Shown here one piece after another: positions 1 through 14,876 of a stretch of DNA of 64,000 bases (its first letter is position 1; each line of letters begins with the position of its first letter). Made by a program: the position numbers and the translations under genes. This DNA comes from Octopus vulgaris. Lineage: Eukaryota. The DNA is taken from the NCBI GenBank assembly GCA_951406725.2, contig OX597822.1, positions 14,198,001 through 14,262,000 of the forward strand, read 5' to 3'. The notes beneath the pieces were generated by a model. It worked only from the letters and a program-made list of their open reading frames with translations. It did not search any database and was not told the origin of the DNA.

Positions 1-1375
1 GGTAGAGCAACAGTTGTGTAACGAGTTGAAAAACTTCGGTTAACTAGCGATGTTATCCATGCAATTAGTTGAGAAAAACTCAAGAAGGTACGTTTAAAAT
101 CTAAAAGTACCAATCAAAGGAGAAAAATAAATCGAATGATATTAATTAATTGATAATTTCTTTTGGTGGAAATTACAGAAAAATGTTCTTTGCAAAAAAA
201 CATAAAAATGGCAGGTGTTATAAAAATGAAAAAAAAACAAACTAGAAATTAACATGAGCTCTTGACACGGAATCTAAAATAATCTGGGTTACAATTTCAT
301 GGGGTGACTGATCCTGCAGGGAACAATAACAAATAATATCTCACCGCAGAAATAATAATTTAGTTTCTGGAATACCAAGACGAGTACAAATGTTCTCCGT
401 GGCAGGTTTGATAATTTGTTGAGAGAGATTTCTCTCAGCATGAAACCAATGGTAGCCTTCTTATCCCACAAATGAAGAACATTTATCCACTAATACGGTG
501 TTTAGCACTCATACTCACTGTTCGATATAAGTGCGCGCATATATGTATGTGTGTATGTATGTATGTATGTATGTATGTATGTATGTATGTATGTATGTAT
601 GTATGTATGTATGTATGTGGGCGTGTATGTTGATAACCTATGATATAGGTATCAGTTAAGATGGTATCTTTGTTATCACATTTGTTCTTTGCTATCGTGT
701 TCTTCGTTATTTGTCCGGGCAAAAAAAAAAAAGAAAAGAAAAAGGAAATCAACGGGTGGGTCTCTGTTACTCGATCTGCCAGAAATAGCAGTCAAAGTTT
801 CTCTATGAAATTACATCCGACATTATTTTTGAAAAGCTCAATTCGAATAACGTAGCCATTAGTACACACCGTCTGAATAATCAAAGACAGGTCTATCAAG
901 AGTAGGGTACGTATGGCAGGCAGTTTGCTCGATCAAGGATTATAAGGTGCTGAATAAGGACAACGGCAACAATAACAACGTTCGGCTGGTTAGACTGTAT
1001 TTATGGCAAAGTCTGTTGTTTAGTTTTCAACATGCCACGTTCGTTCTGGTACTTTGTTCTTCCATGTTTGACTTCACTTTGAGTTCCCACCTGAATGAAG
1101 AAAAAATTGATTTCTATTAAATATGATTACGAAGCACACACACAAGAAATTCCATTGAAGCAAAATCAGGATGGACCAATTGGAGGAAGTTCAGTTAACT
1201 TGTTTATTCTAAACGATTCTAAATGTTTCCTATCATTCGATGTGGTTGGGCGAGTCTGGATTTTATCAGGGTGCTTGTAAGATTTCTGCCTGGATTTAGA
1301 ATCCCTATTCCTTTGCATTACATACATGCATACATATATATGTGTGTGTGTGTGTATACATATATACATAGTACC

Positions 1376-1426
<51 letters not shown>

Positions 1427-1427
<1 letters not shown>

Positions 1428-1821
1428 TCTTTTACTCTTTTACTTGTTTCAGTCATTTGACTGCGGCCATGCTGGAGCACCGCCTTTAGTCGAGCAAATC
1501 GACCCCAAGACTTATTCTTTGTAAGCCCAGTACTTATTCTATCGGTCTCTTTTACCGAACCGCTAAGTGACGGGGACGTAAACACACCAGCGCCGGTTGT
1601 CAAACAATGCTAGGGGGATAAACACAGACACACAAACACACACATATATATACATATATACGACGGGCTTCTTTCAGTTTCCGTCTACCAAATCCACTCA
1701 CAAGGCTTTGGTCGGCCTGAGGCTATAGTAGAAGACACTTGCCCAAGATGCCACGCAGTGGGACTGAACCCGGAACCATGTGGTTGGTAAGCAAGCTACA
1801 TACCACACAGCCACTCCTGCG

Positions 1822-1823
<2 letters not shown>
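1427..1823 (-). mobile_element. tRNA-derived SINE, family A (representative copy)
   Basis: Minus strand begins GGCGCAGGAGTGGCTGTGTGGT...GGTTCAGTCCC (tRNA-like A/B boxes) and ends GGTGCTCCAGCATGGCCGCAG...AAGTAAAAGAGTAAAAG. Full or partial copies at about 11278-11657, 13910-14700, 19295-19377, 20440-20780, 21005-21425, 31885-32240, 33715-34045, 37020-37410, 48705-49027, 55455-55870 and 56810-57030. Confidence 0.85.
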
Positions 1824-1857
<34 letters not shown>

Positions 1858-2069
1858 TTAATTTAATATATAAATAACCTATAAATTTTTCAATTCATGC
1901 TGACTACCTGATAAAAATCATTAACGTGATTTTATCCTTCTATTCCATTATATATATACATACACACAGTGTTTCTCGTGTGTACAAATAGATGCAAGAC
2001 TGCATGCGTTAAGTTTATTGCTCTGTGTAGGTTACTATCGTCCACTAGTACACATGCACGTAAGTACAT

Positions 2070-2117
<48 letters not shown>

Positions 2118-2487
2118 ACGTGAATAGAATCAAATAAAGAGATATCTAGCTTGATAGACTGACCGAAATATAGTGAAATAGATTCAAATTACTTATGTGG
2201 AGAGCCCTAAGTAACCTCTGTCAAACGATTTGGTTACTTCCTTCACAACCAGAGATGAAATTGAAGCGTTTTCATTTACAAACAAGTGCAACCGAGTTTA
2301 TATCCAACAGGGTCAGTGCGAAACCTAACAAGCATTTTTCAAATTTATTCAATATCACGTTGCTGCTGCTTGTTTTAAAATCGCTCAGGTGTATCTAACA
2401 AAGAGATATCAATAATAGAGACCTATTTAGCGTACATAGTTTTAGTTAGAATATATATTATAACTGCTGCTGCTGCTGCTGATGATG

Positions 2488-3310
<823 letters not shown>

Positions 3311-3322
3311 ACAATAATAATA

Positions 3323-4352
3323 AAGAGTGGGAAGGGTACTTATTGGATACGAACACAGCATTAGAGCAGAAGAAAACAACATAGCATTGTATGTAAACAA
3401 TGCCACAGAATCGCCATTATTAGAATTAAGAAGGTGAGGCTTGTGTAAGATGGAAGATTGCAAAGATAAAGCACTATTCAAGAAATTGAAAACGGATGAA
3501 ACTGAAATTATGTGGGTAAAGAAAAGAATGCATAATCAATTTCATAGGGATATTGAAGATAAGACAGAAAAAAGATGGCTGTGGATGACTAAAAGTGATT
3601 TAAAACCGGAAGCGGAGGCTCTAATCTGTGCTGCCCAAGAGCAAGCACTAAGAACAAACTACATGAAATACAGAGTAGACAACAAATCAGAAAGTGATAA
3701 CTGCAGAATCTGTGGACAAAACGGTGAAACTGTATGGCATATTACCAGCCAATGTACGCCACTAACCCATAAGGAATATAAGAGACGCTACTACAATATA
3801 GCAAGGCTTGTTCATTGGACACTTTGCAACAAGTATGGACTTGACAGAGCAAAAGATTGGTACGACCATAGAAACCTGAAGTCATTGTCGAAAACAGAAA
3901 TGCAAAGATCCTATGGGGTTTCATGATTCAGTGCGACCATGTGATAGAGAATAGGAAGCCGGACACAGTTTTACTTGAGAAAGAAAACAAACTATACTGG
4001 ATCATAGATATAGCATGCCCAGCTGACAACAAGATATGCAATAAGGAAGAAAGAAAAGTCGATAGATATGACAGGTTAGCTTGGGAAGTTAAGCAGTTGT
4101 GGTCGATGTAAAAGGTAGTGGTAGTACCAATAATTGTCGGAGCCCTGGGAAAAGTGAGCAAAAATCTCGAGAAGTACATGGAACAAATAGGGGCTACAAT
4201 AAGGGTGGAGCACTTGCATAAAACAGAAACTGCTTGGAACCGTTCGAATACTCCGAAAGGTGCTCGAAAAATAAGAGGTGTTACCTTAGTTCACTGGTAG
4301 TGAACAGCTGACACCGTAGTACATCTCCAGCGTTAGAAGCTGTGCAAAGACA
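3323..4352 (+). mobile_element. Dong/R4-clade LINE, 3' part (CCHC finger and RLE endonuclease), disrupted
   Basis: Motifs AAQEQAL, CRICGQNGETVWHITSQC, NRKPD, IIDIACPAD and VVPIIVGALG lie across frameshifts; starts right after an AAT tract. Confidence 0.88.
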
Positions 4353-4367
4353 ATAAAGTATAAATAA

Positions 4368-4578
4368 AGCGGCGAGCTGGCAGACACGTTAACACGTCGG
4401 GCGAAATGCTTTGCGATATTTCATCTGTCTTTACGTTCTGAGTTCAAATTCCGCCAAGGTCGACTTTGCTTTTCATCCTTTCGGGCTGAATAAATTAAGC
4501 ACCAATTGCGTACTTGTGTCGATTTAATCGATTGGCCCCTCTCCCAAAATTTCGGGCCTTGTACCTAGAGTAGAAAAT
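4368..4578 (+). mobile_element. SINE family B (representative copy)
   Basis: GCGGCGAGCTGGCAGA...GAGTTCAAATTCCGCC (B box)...CTTTCATCCTTTCGGG. Copies at about 5700-5888, 8760-8890, 13999-14229, 32282-32369, 43958-44170, 53470-53678, 56020-56371, 56440-56650, 58823-59056 and 59220-59370. Confidence 0.85.
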
Positions 4579-4618
4579 AATAATAATTATAATAATAATA
4601 ATAATGATAATAATAATA

Positions 4619-4650
<32 letters not shown>

Positions 4651-4664
4651 AAAAAAATGCCCTG

Positions 4665-5220
4665 ATGCAGTACCAGACAGTGACTCTCATGACTTTCTGA
4701 TCTTAACTGATTGGAAGTGTTATCATGTACATTGTTTTGTCTTGGTATAAAAGATGGGCTACAGCAAATATTCTGCTCAATACAACAGATTTGCTTAACA
4801 GTTATTTGACCTTAACCAGTTGAGCATGTCCTTTAGTGGCTGACGATATGTGCATCTCTGATCACGAGCAGAAGTAGTAGGAGAGCATCATAGACATGTG
4901 TTGAGAGGAATTCTTTGGGGTTTGAATAATTCACCTCTGGAAACATGGGTGTTTTGATCAACATCCTTAAACAACCCTTATTCAAGGACCTTTTGAGCGG
5001 GATGAGCTACTCGACTTGAAGAAAATTCTAACTGGGGCCCCACTTGCACGGTCATGTGCTGTTTATCTTAATATAAGGTCATCATGTCGTACACATATGG
5101 TTGTGATGCATGTGCCTGGTGTACCCTTATCAGACGGGTAGTCATGATGAGTATACTGGGCTTTGTATATGTAACCCCAATGTCAATTTGATGGAATGCA
5201 CTGGTCTCTTACTCAATAAT
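4665..5220. repeat. ~550-bp interspersed repeat flanked by AAT/GAT tracts, copy 2
   Basis: Direct diverged copy of 2758-3310. Confidence 0.85.
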
Positions 5221-5329
5221 AAGACTATTAATGAACAGTTCAGTAAATAACTTGGAAGGATAAATGCAATCATTGAAATGAGGACGGAGAAGACACAGAA
5301 AAGCAGTCGAAACGAAGGAGGATTACAAG

Positions 5330-6860
5330 AAGTTAAAGAAGTGATAACACCCCTCTCCACTCCCATCCCCCACACAAGAGGCTATATCAGGTAAAAGAAT
5401 TTAAAAATGAAAAAAAAAAAAAGAGATATCAACAAATAATAAACCAATTCCAGCAGAATGGTTTCTGTAGAAACCGTGAAAGGAAATTTTATCAACATCT
5501 GAAGGAACCTCAGGAGAATGATGAGAAGGAACTTCAGAGGAATGGTGTTCGAGATGCCGAAACAGCAAAGCACTTGGTCAGATATATTTGGAGCGAAGGA
5601 GTTCAGCATAAAAGAGGAAGAGGATTGGTTATGGAAATTGAAAAGAGAAATGTGACAAGATCAAAACAAGAGAATATAAATATTGGTTTCGAATCTTGGC
5701 ACAAACCATCAGTCTAAGGGGAGGGTAAGATGATTATATCGACCCTAGTACGTAACTGGTACTTATTTTATCGAACTCGAAAGGCTGAAAGGCAGAGTCG
5801 ACCTTGGCGGATTTTAAACTTAGAATATAAAAACGGACGAAATATCGCTTAGCATTTTGTCCGACCTGTTCTGCCAGCTCGCCGCCTTCAAGGGAATATA
5901 AATAGTAACGAAGATAAAGTGAAAGAGATGGCTTAGGAAATTACTGGATCAGATTGTGTTCAAGGATTATGGCTCGAAAATCTCCTAAGTTTACACAGCC
6001 ATATATGACCGTTTCTTACTCATTGCAGAGAAAATGGAGCTCACAACATGGATGACAAGAGGAACAACAATGATGGGACAGAAGGACAAAGGAAAGAAAA
6101 AGGAAGTAATCAATTATAATCCAAGCTTATTATTCTTCTGGAAATTATCAACTGGCCCCGTGGCAGATGAAATATATAACTTTCTGGAGAAAGAGAATTT
6201 ATTGGCAGGGGCGCAAAAGGGAAGCAGAAAAAAAGTCAAAGGGAACTGTCGATCGGTTGTATATTGATAGGAGGGTACCAAATAAGGGTACGATTAAGTA
6301 AAAAGAATTTAGCTGTTGGCTGGATGGAATACATGTAATCTATCGACAACGTTCCACACTGCTGACTCTTGGGTCTGAGAACAATCAAGGTCAATGAGAA
6401 GAATAATAGTGTTGTTTTTAGAAAAGAAAAATACCTCAAAAAACTCCAATGAGATCATCGAAAGAAGGATTAGGATTAACATGAGGAAATGACTCATTTG
6501 GAAATGTGAAAATTCGTAGAGAGTCTTTCTGGGTGACTTGTTTTCTTCACTGATTTTCGTGCTTGTGTTAGTCTCTCTGACAAGTATACAGAGAAAATCC
6601 AGGCCTGTCTACAGGTTTACCATAACTATATGACCACAAAGTGTACGCAAAAAATGAAACAACGACAACAACAACAACAAAACACGAATTCTCTGATCTA
6701 AGAAGTAAGAGTATTCAACAAGGATATTAGAATGTAGTTTGGGCTAAACTATGTTGTTTTAATTGTGAAGAGAAACTAAAAATTAAACCCGATGGCACAT
6801 TACCACAGGAAGGTAACCATTAAATCGCTGAGAGATAAAAAGGGATACAATTTTGGCATA
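5330..6860 (+). mobile_element. Dong/R4-clade LINE RT region, highly degenerate, interrupted by SINE B
   Basis: Remnants WMTRGTT..KDKGK, YNFLEKENLL.GAQKG, NLAVGWMEY, VPH and GDLFSSLIFVL match R4 RT motifs (EEQKGC, NLxMAWIDY, GDSLSPLLF). Confidence 0.7.
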
Positions 6861-8974
6861 ACGCCCGTAGACTTGGGAGAAAGGGTTAATCTATCATGTC
6901 AACGCCAATGCTTAACTGGTATTTATTTTATCTATCAGGAAAGGAGGAAAGGTAAAGCTGGAAGTTGAACTCAGAACGTAATACTTAATGACATTTAATG
7001 ACATTCTGCCAACTCGACGGCTTTTTAAATTACTTTTTAAAAAGTTTATTGAAAAAAGTAGTGAGAAACACCACTCTGTGATCCCTGCAAGACTCGACAG
7101 AGAAGGATTCGTCATGGATGACTTCTAATAATGGTTGACAATCTTTGGAATAAAAAATAGAAACAGACGTGATACTTGCTGCACAACTACAAAACTTTGA
7201 AAATAAAGGAATGTACTGACCTCATGTGCAGACTAAGTAACCAGCACAATGGGGGGGGGTCGATCAGAGTGTTGTCTTCAAATCTAGGATGAGCACTCTC
7301 CCTTCGAGATCCTGCAAGTAAAAAATAAAAGTCATCTTTGATTGCACAGTCCTTGCAAGGTTCATATATATATATATAAACGCAGTTGAACCAGTAGTAA
7401 TACCCATTGAACAATATGACAACACTTTGTTATAGAAACAGGCAAGACAAACAAGCCATTACGTTCATCCTTTCGGGATCGATTAAATAAGTACCAGTTA
7501 CGCACTGGGGTCGATGATATAATCGACTTAATCCGTCTGTCTGTCCTTGTTTGTCTTCTCTGTGTTTAGCCCCTTGTGGATAGTAAAGAAATAGGTATAA
7601 ACAAGATGTAATTGAGGCAGACGTTATTTAAACAAGAAACAAGAAAACAAATAATGAAACAGATCCCCACACTGGAGATGCCCCCACCGACTCGCATCAG
7701 GGCTTCCTACATCAATTACTATGAACAAATCCTTTGTACACGAAGTGAAGTGGTTTTCTCATATGTGATTGTTAGCAGTTCAGCTGTGGAATTTGGCAGG
7801 AAGGGGCCTTCATATTCCTGATAGCTCATGGAAAACTTTTGTTAGGGTTTTCACCTGAAGTCAGTCCTTCGTGTGCATTTTAAACTCTGCCTTCATCTCT
7901 TCACGCACCAGCAATCCCATTCTTCTGCTGCAGGTATTTCAAGAAGTCCCTGAAATCTTCATTTTGTAATGGCACCGCTGCAAACCTCATAGCTTCCAAA
8001 GAATAGGCGGGCTTCTTCATCTTGGTTTCTTCTGGAAAACGGGTAAACGATATTTGTTTGTTCCACATTCCTTCCGTTTGGTTTGTTCTTTTTCTTTCTT
8101 AACAACTTTTTCGTTTCCAATTTCCCCAAATTTCTTCATTTCTTTTCTATAAGACGAGGAATCGGCAGAAGTGGGTAAAGGGTTGGGTGGGTTGGGTGGT
8201 GACTCAGTATCTTTGTCCTCAACTTAGCCATGACCAGGAAGCTTTCAGAACCTTTTCTCTCTACAGGCTCTGCAGCTGTTCACTACTATCTCTCCTCATC
8301 TGCTTTCTGTCCTTTTAGGAACGAAATCCTTAAACAATTCTTACTACTACACGTGTAACGCAGCTGGACTTTATGCGATATGGCTCCGTAGTCTTCAACA
8401 GTCATCAAGACTTACTTTTGCATAAAGACCTATCCGACCAAATCTCATTTGCAGTCACTTCACTACTCTCTACTTCTTCCTACAACACAACAAAAGGAAC
8501 AAAAGAGTTAGGGAAAACCTGACTACAAGCAATTATTCTCTCTTAATCCCTGTGTTTTTTCCTCCAACGTATTTGGAACCCAGCCAAACCAGCTCAGCCC
8601 ATTTTCTTCCCTTACGTTAGTTTCGAAAACTAGACACACACTTCCATTGTCCTGTCCCGACTGACAGACACTATATCATGACTTCCTTTAACTGCACCTT
8701 TGAGCTTACTCTGAAAGCCTGTTTGTTTTAAGAGAGGCAGAAACATGTTATTTTTCCATGGCGGAATCGTTAGCGCGTTGGACAAAACACTTAGCGGTAT
8801 TCTTTCGGTTCTTCATGTTCTGAATTCAAATGCTTCCGACGTCGACTCTGCTTTTCATCCTCTCGGACAAAATAAAGTACCAGTTGAGCAAGCTACTCCT
8901 GCGCTTGAGCGCGTGTGTATCGTTGGTGATTTTTTTCCTCCGTCTTCCCTTCCTTGGATCTTTCCTTTTCCTAT

Positions 8975-9009
8975 GTTTCTGACGAAGAGCTCTTTTCGAA
9001 ACGTTAAAC
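8975..9009 (+). ncRNA. Minimal type I hammerhead ribozyme motif (Penelope-type)
   Basis: GTTT-CTGACGA-A-GAGCTCTTTTC-GAAAC-GTT-AAAC: intact core, stem I GTTT/AAAC, palindromic AACGTT. Lies in a ~200-bp repeat ending in (TA)n. Confidence 0.7.
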
Positions 9010-9124
9010 CCTCCTTCTTTCTTTCCTTTCCTGAGCGTCCATTAACACTATACTTGTTCAACGTCCTCGTGTTATGTTTTCTCTTTGTGCTTTCATGTTT
9101 GGATTAACTATATATATATATATA

Positions 9125-9435
9125 CTAGCAGTATCGCCCGGCGTTGCTCGGGTTTGTAAGGGAAATAACTATATAAGCATTTTTAGAGAGTTACTTCCCT
9201 TATATAAACCGAGCATAAAAATGCATTAATAAAACGAAAAAATGATGGTAAATTTTTTTTTTTAATCGTAGACTCATCGTAGACGCGCGCTAATACCCAG
9301 AAGGGCTCGATATGAATCACGACTATAAGATACCCGCTTTTGGTTAAACTGCACCGCAAAATGTGGGAGTAGTTAGGAATCTAAATCGGAGGAGACAGAC
9401 TCTCATACAGACAACTTCAGTTTTATATATAAAGA
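9125..9435 (-). mobile_element. Non-autonomous Helitron-like element
   Basis: Minus strand 5' TC...3' CTAG|T with subterminal hairpin CCCGAGCAACGCCGGG. Same family as 38056, 39573 and 44610. Confidence 0.85.
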
Positions 9436-9717
9436 TATATATATATTGGAGCAGTCAGTCGGTTACGACGACGAGGGTCCCAGCTTATATGAGCAGCGGA
9501 ATAGCTTTCTCGTGAAATTAACGTGCAAGTGGCTGAGCACTCCACAGACACGTGTGCCCTTCACATAGTTCTCTGGGAGATTCAGCGTGACACAGAGTGT
9601 TACAAAGCTGGCCCTTTGAAATAAGGTACAACTCAATTTTGTCAGCTGAATGGACTGGAGCAACGATCGTGAGCCGACTGGCCTAACTACTAAGCCACGC
9701 ACCTTCACACACACACA

Positions 9718-9788
<71 letters not shown>

Positions 9789-9802
9789 TATGTATGTATG
9801 TC

Positions 9803-10017
9803 CAGGATGACCCAAAAGTAGGTTTACAGTTATTCAACTATCTCTTTCGCATTCATATATTAACAGTTAAGATCTTAAATATAAAACAAAAACATTTGAA
9901 ACCATTATTCTATGCTAATTTAGTTAATTGTAAGATAGAAATTTAAATGTAATAAAATATTTCAAAAGAAATTTAAAGTGCCTAAGTGACGACTGTAAAC
10001 CTACTTTTGGGTCACTG
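9803..10017. mobile_element. Tc1/mariner-type MITE
   Basis: TIR core TGACCCAAAAGTAGGTTTACAGT / ACTGTAAACCTACTTTTGGGTCA; CAG...CTG ends with TA on the right. Confidence 0.8.
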
Positions 10018-10045
10018 TATGTGTGTGTATATATATACACTCACA

Positions 10046-10908
10046 CAGGTAAATTGTCACCGCTATATATTTTTTATTTCGCGCACGCGCATTCTTGTTT
10101 TTTGGTTTTGTCGACTACACAGTATAGTAGGGTCAGTTGGACACCGTCTGTGAGAAAAACACCACCATGACACAATTCACTCTGCCAGAAATTTAGAAAC
10201 AACATACTGTACTGATTGGCATTCGTGCCAGAAGCTCCAATACGAACATTTCAGAGTGTTTGGGTGTCAATTTGAGGACAGTGCAATCTAAGGACTTGTA
10301 CCGAGAGGGATAAAAATCAAACATCCAGTCAACATCCTGGTGTTTGGAGTGATTTCTAGTGATGGCGATGTTATGTCTCCATTCATCTTCCCACACGGCC
10401 TCAGACTCAACACGGAGGCCTACATCAAGTACCTGGAAGAGGTAGTGCTGCCCTGGGCCAAGAGGGTGGCTGCTGGAAGACCCCATGTCTGGCAACAAGA
10501 TTCTGCACCATGCCACACAAGCAGGAGAATACAGTCACGGCTGTCAGACAATTTCTGCGATCCCATAACCCCTAACATCTGGCTACCTAACTCCCCAGAC
10601 TGCAACCCCTTTGATTATCATGTGTGGGGCGCAGTTGAGCGAGAGACCAACAGAACTCCTTGTAACACCAAAGATGAACTGAAGGCAAAGAATAACGCAG
10701 CACTCATTAACTTAAACAAGGAGACCGCCCAAAAGAGTTGCAGGAGATTCCGAAGTCGCCTGGAGGCTAAGGTTGAAGCCAATGGCGATTTTGAAAGTAA
10801 ACGTACTCTTTAGTATTTCAAGATATTTTTATGTAATTTTGGTAAATATATCTGCTAAAATGAGATGTCAATGTTATTTTCATTTTTGCATTACTTATAC
10901 GACAGTTT
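10046..10908 (+). mobile_element. maT/DD37D Tc1-mariner transposon, internally deleted
   Basis: ORF 10340-10813 contains WQQDSAPCH-...-WLPNSPDCNPFDY, with 37 residues between the last two Asp. Confidence 0.88.
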
Positions 10909-11225
10909 ATAAGTACGTACGTACGTACGTATGTATGTATGTATGTATGTATGTATGTATGTATGTATGTATGTATGTATGTATGTATGTATGTATGTAT
11001 GTATGTATGTATGTATGTATGTATGTATGCATGTATGTATGCATGTATGTATGTATGTAATTACATATATAATTACATAAGTATGTAATTATGTATGTAT
11101 GCATGTATGTATGTATATGGGTTAATAAGCATATATATACTGCCTGTTGGTAAAAAAAATATAAAATAAATTAAAAGTTGTCTTCTTCTACAGAAAATAT
11201 GGAAATGAAATCGTCATTAATGTAT

Positions 11226-11276
<51 letters not shown>

Positions 11277-11427
11277 TATGGCTGTGTGGTAAGAAGCTTG
11301 CTTCCCAACCATATGGTTCAGGTTCAGTCCCACTGAATAGCACCTTGGGCAAATATTTTCTACTATAGTCTCGGGCCGACCAAAGCCTTGTGACTGGATT
11401 GTTAGAAGGAAACTGAAAGAAGCCCGT

Positions 11428-11474
<47 letters not shown>

Positions 11475-11678
11475 GGGCGTCTTTGTGTCTGTGTTTGTCC
11501 CCCACGCACGTGTTGGTTTGTTTACACCCTCCGTAATTTAGCGGTTCTGCAGATGTTTTGTTAAGAAAAAATGTATTGGAGTTGATTCATTCAACTAAAA
11601 ATTCTTCAAGCCCCAGCATGGGCACAATCTAATGGGTGAAACAAGTAAAAGATAAAAAAGATCCATACATGTACGTAC

Positions 11679-11709
<31 letters not shown>

Positions 11710-11807
11710 TGTATGTATGTATGTATGTATGTATGTATGTATGTATGTATGTATGTATGTATGTATGTATGTATGTATGTATGTATGTATGTATGTATAC
11801 ATAAATG

Positions 11808-11850
<43 letters not shown>

Positions 11851-11896
11851 TGAGGGAGATAAATTAATATTAATTTTATATATATATATATATACA

Positions 11897-13125
11897 CTAG
11901 CAAACGCACCCCTCCTTCATACGGTTTAATTTGCTTTGGGAGTATTTTTTTTACCAAATAATTGATCTACCGAGAAGGTTTATAAGTAGTACGGCAATCT
12001 ATGTTTCAAATTAACGTAGGAACAGAAAACCAAATTGAAGGCTGGTTACTGTGGAGGTCGTTGCACTTTAATAATCATAGAACATATAAGTCTGCAAGCG
12101 ATGCAAAGTAAAGTTACTGAAGTGTTTTGGGAGTAGATTACAAATAATGACTACCAAATATAGTTTTTACATTAAAGCGAAATATTTTTTCAGAAACAGC
12201 AACATAAATGGTAAGGAATTTGAAGGAAGACGTTGAAACTTCCAGTCTGCGAGTTTATTTTATTCAACAGCAAAGGGTGCCAGGTTTTCGGAGAGATGTA
12301 TGATTAGTACGTTAAAAAATGGCAACATACTACTTACTTGAAAAAGTAGAGTTAAAGGAATGTATTTGCTACATGCTTACAGTGTACGTCCACCCTGAAA
12401 TTGACTTCAGGTAACGAAAAATGAAGACATGAAGAGTTTGGCTTCAGTTCACGAATACTGCTTTGTATGTTTGGTAGTTCGCTGTGAAAAGATGTCGCTT
12501 TCGAAATATCATAATGGATGGATAAATAAACATCCTTAAAGTGAAACAACGCATTGGTAGTTAAACAATGGTATCAACAAATAAAAGAGAGGGAAAGGAA
12601 CATCACCTTTCAAGTAACTCAGAGTAGGCAAAGGTAAGCTTGCCAAAGTTTAATGCAGTTTAAGTATGTAGATTAAGTTAGTTTGGTGTTGGATATTCAT
12701 CGCTTACAGTGTTCCAAATCAATTTATTCACCGTCGCAGGTGAACAGTCGAAATAACTAAATAAACACAATTCTTTCACTTTTATAGTATTCTCTAACCA
12801 AGTTAATTATATACAATTGCAAAATATAAATAAATAATAAATAAAAAATGTGAAAACCACTAAAAATATTCTCTAATGCCAATACACGAAGATATAGATT
12901 AAAAAAGTATGGAAGACCCTACATACAAAAAAAAACTATGTACATGCAACGATTTAGAGAAAAACCCGTGTAAATTACCGTTTTCCCCGGTTTGTCCCTT
13001 TACGCGGGAGCTCAGAGCAAAATGTTATAGTGCATGACCATCTTTGGGACACAAGTAATGGGTGTGTAAAGTTTGGTGAAAATCGGTTGAGAACTGTAGA
13101 AATGTATACGTTAGTCAATATACAC
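11897..13125 (-). mobile_element. Probable non-autonomous Helitron-like element
   Basis: CTAG|T end at 11897 on the minus strand. The other end carries AAGTTTGGTGAAAATCGG, like the AAGTTTCATCAGAATCGG of the 38056 element. Boundary approximate. Confidence 0.5.
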
Positions 13126-13853
13126 ACACATTATGTATGTATGTATGTATGTATGTATGTATGTATGTATGTATGTATGTATGTATGTATGCATGCATGC
13201 ATATAGACACTTATATATTAACAGAGTGATTAATTACAGTGTAAAATCCACCGTCAAAACAAAACGATGTAAATATAATTGCAGATTGTTAAATGGTATT
13301 TCACTTAGAAAAATTTACGACATCGCTACTTACACACACCACGCAAACACTGCCACCGCCACCACCGCTAACATTAGAAGGACGATGACGAAGATCACCT
13401 CCATCACCACTACTACTAGTACCGCCACCAACGGAGATAACAAGCAAAGTCGCAGCCTATTTTGTATTACTTAATAACAGGTGAACCTTTACCAGAACAA
13501 CAAACAACGGAAACAATAACCTGAATGTATTCGAAGAACTGTAACAATCAGAACAATTCTTAAAGCAGCATTCCGAAAGCACTTAACGAACGAAGACTAA
13601 CAATACAAGACCATGAATACTTTCAGGCAAATGCATTTACAATGTATTGAATGCATTGTTTATATATATTTCACCTGTTTGGTACTCATGTCGTTAAAGA
13701 GTCAACGAGGAAACCGCTACGTGGTCGCTTGTTTTGCAAGAAGTAATAAGTTAATCGCCTTCAAATAACCTCTCGCCGTCTTGAAAAGGGAGGTTTCTGA
13801 TAACGTATTTCATCTGTGTATAGTCATGTTGGAAAGAGGAACGCCTTTGATCC

Positions 13854-13900
<47 letters not shown>

Positions 13901-14837
13901 TAGGTACAAGACTGACTGTGTGGTTGAGAAGTTTACTTCATAATCACATGGTTCTACGTTCAGTCCCTCTGCATGGTACCTTGGGAAAATGTTTTCTTAT
14001 TTCTTTACTATCCACAAGGGGCTAAACACAGAGGAGACAAACATGGACATACAGACGAATTAAGTCGATTATATCGACCCCAGAGCGTAACTGGTACTTT
14101 ATTTAATCGACCCCGAAAGGATGAAAGGCAAAGTCGACCTCGGTGGAATTTGAACTCAGAACGTAGCGGCAGACGAAATACCGCTAAGCATTTCGTCCGG
14201 CGTGCTAACGTTTCTGCCAGCTCGCCGCCTTTCGCTACCTTGGGCAAATGTTTTCTACTATAGCCCTAGGCAAACCGCAGACATGTGACTGAATTTGGTA
14301 GACGGAAACTGCAGCATTGTTCATCAGAAAATGACCGAAAAACATGTTCATAAAGAAGATTTGTTTGCTTCATACTCCTCGTGTGCCGAATCTGCCCATA
14401 AGAAAGGAACAAATAATACAATGTGGCTGTCGGTCATAACACCCGAGCAACGCCGGGGTGCATTGCTAATAAGTATGTCTTTGTGTGTGTGCGTGTGCGT
14501 CTTTGTGTCTGTGCTTGTTCCCTACCACCGCTTGGTAATCGGTATTGTTTACGTCCCGGTAACTTAGCGGTTCCGCAGCTCCTAGAATAAGCACCAGACA
14601 CAAAAAAGACCTGGGTCAATTCAATCCAGTAAAAATTCTTCAAGGCGGTGCCCCAGCATGGCTGCAGTCCAATTACTGGAAAAGTAACAGATAAAAGATA
14701 CGCTCACACGTGTGTGTGTCTGTGTGTGTCTATATGTATACTATACCTATACAGACACACATAGTAAATATAATATATATATGCACGCACATACATACAT
14801 ACATACATACATACATACATACATACATACATACGCG

Positions 14838-14876
<39 letters not shown>

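Noticed and set aside
7600-8640. Possible LINE ORF1 remnant on the minus strand (similar case at 15700-16240)
   Set aside because: No motif I could match with confidence.
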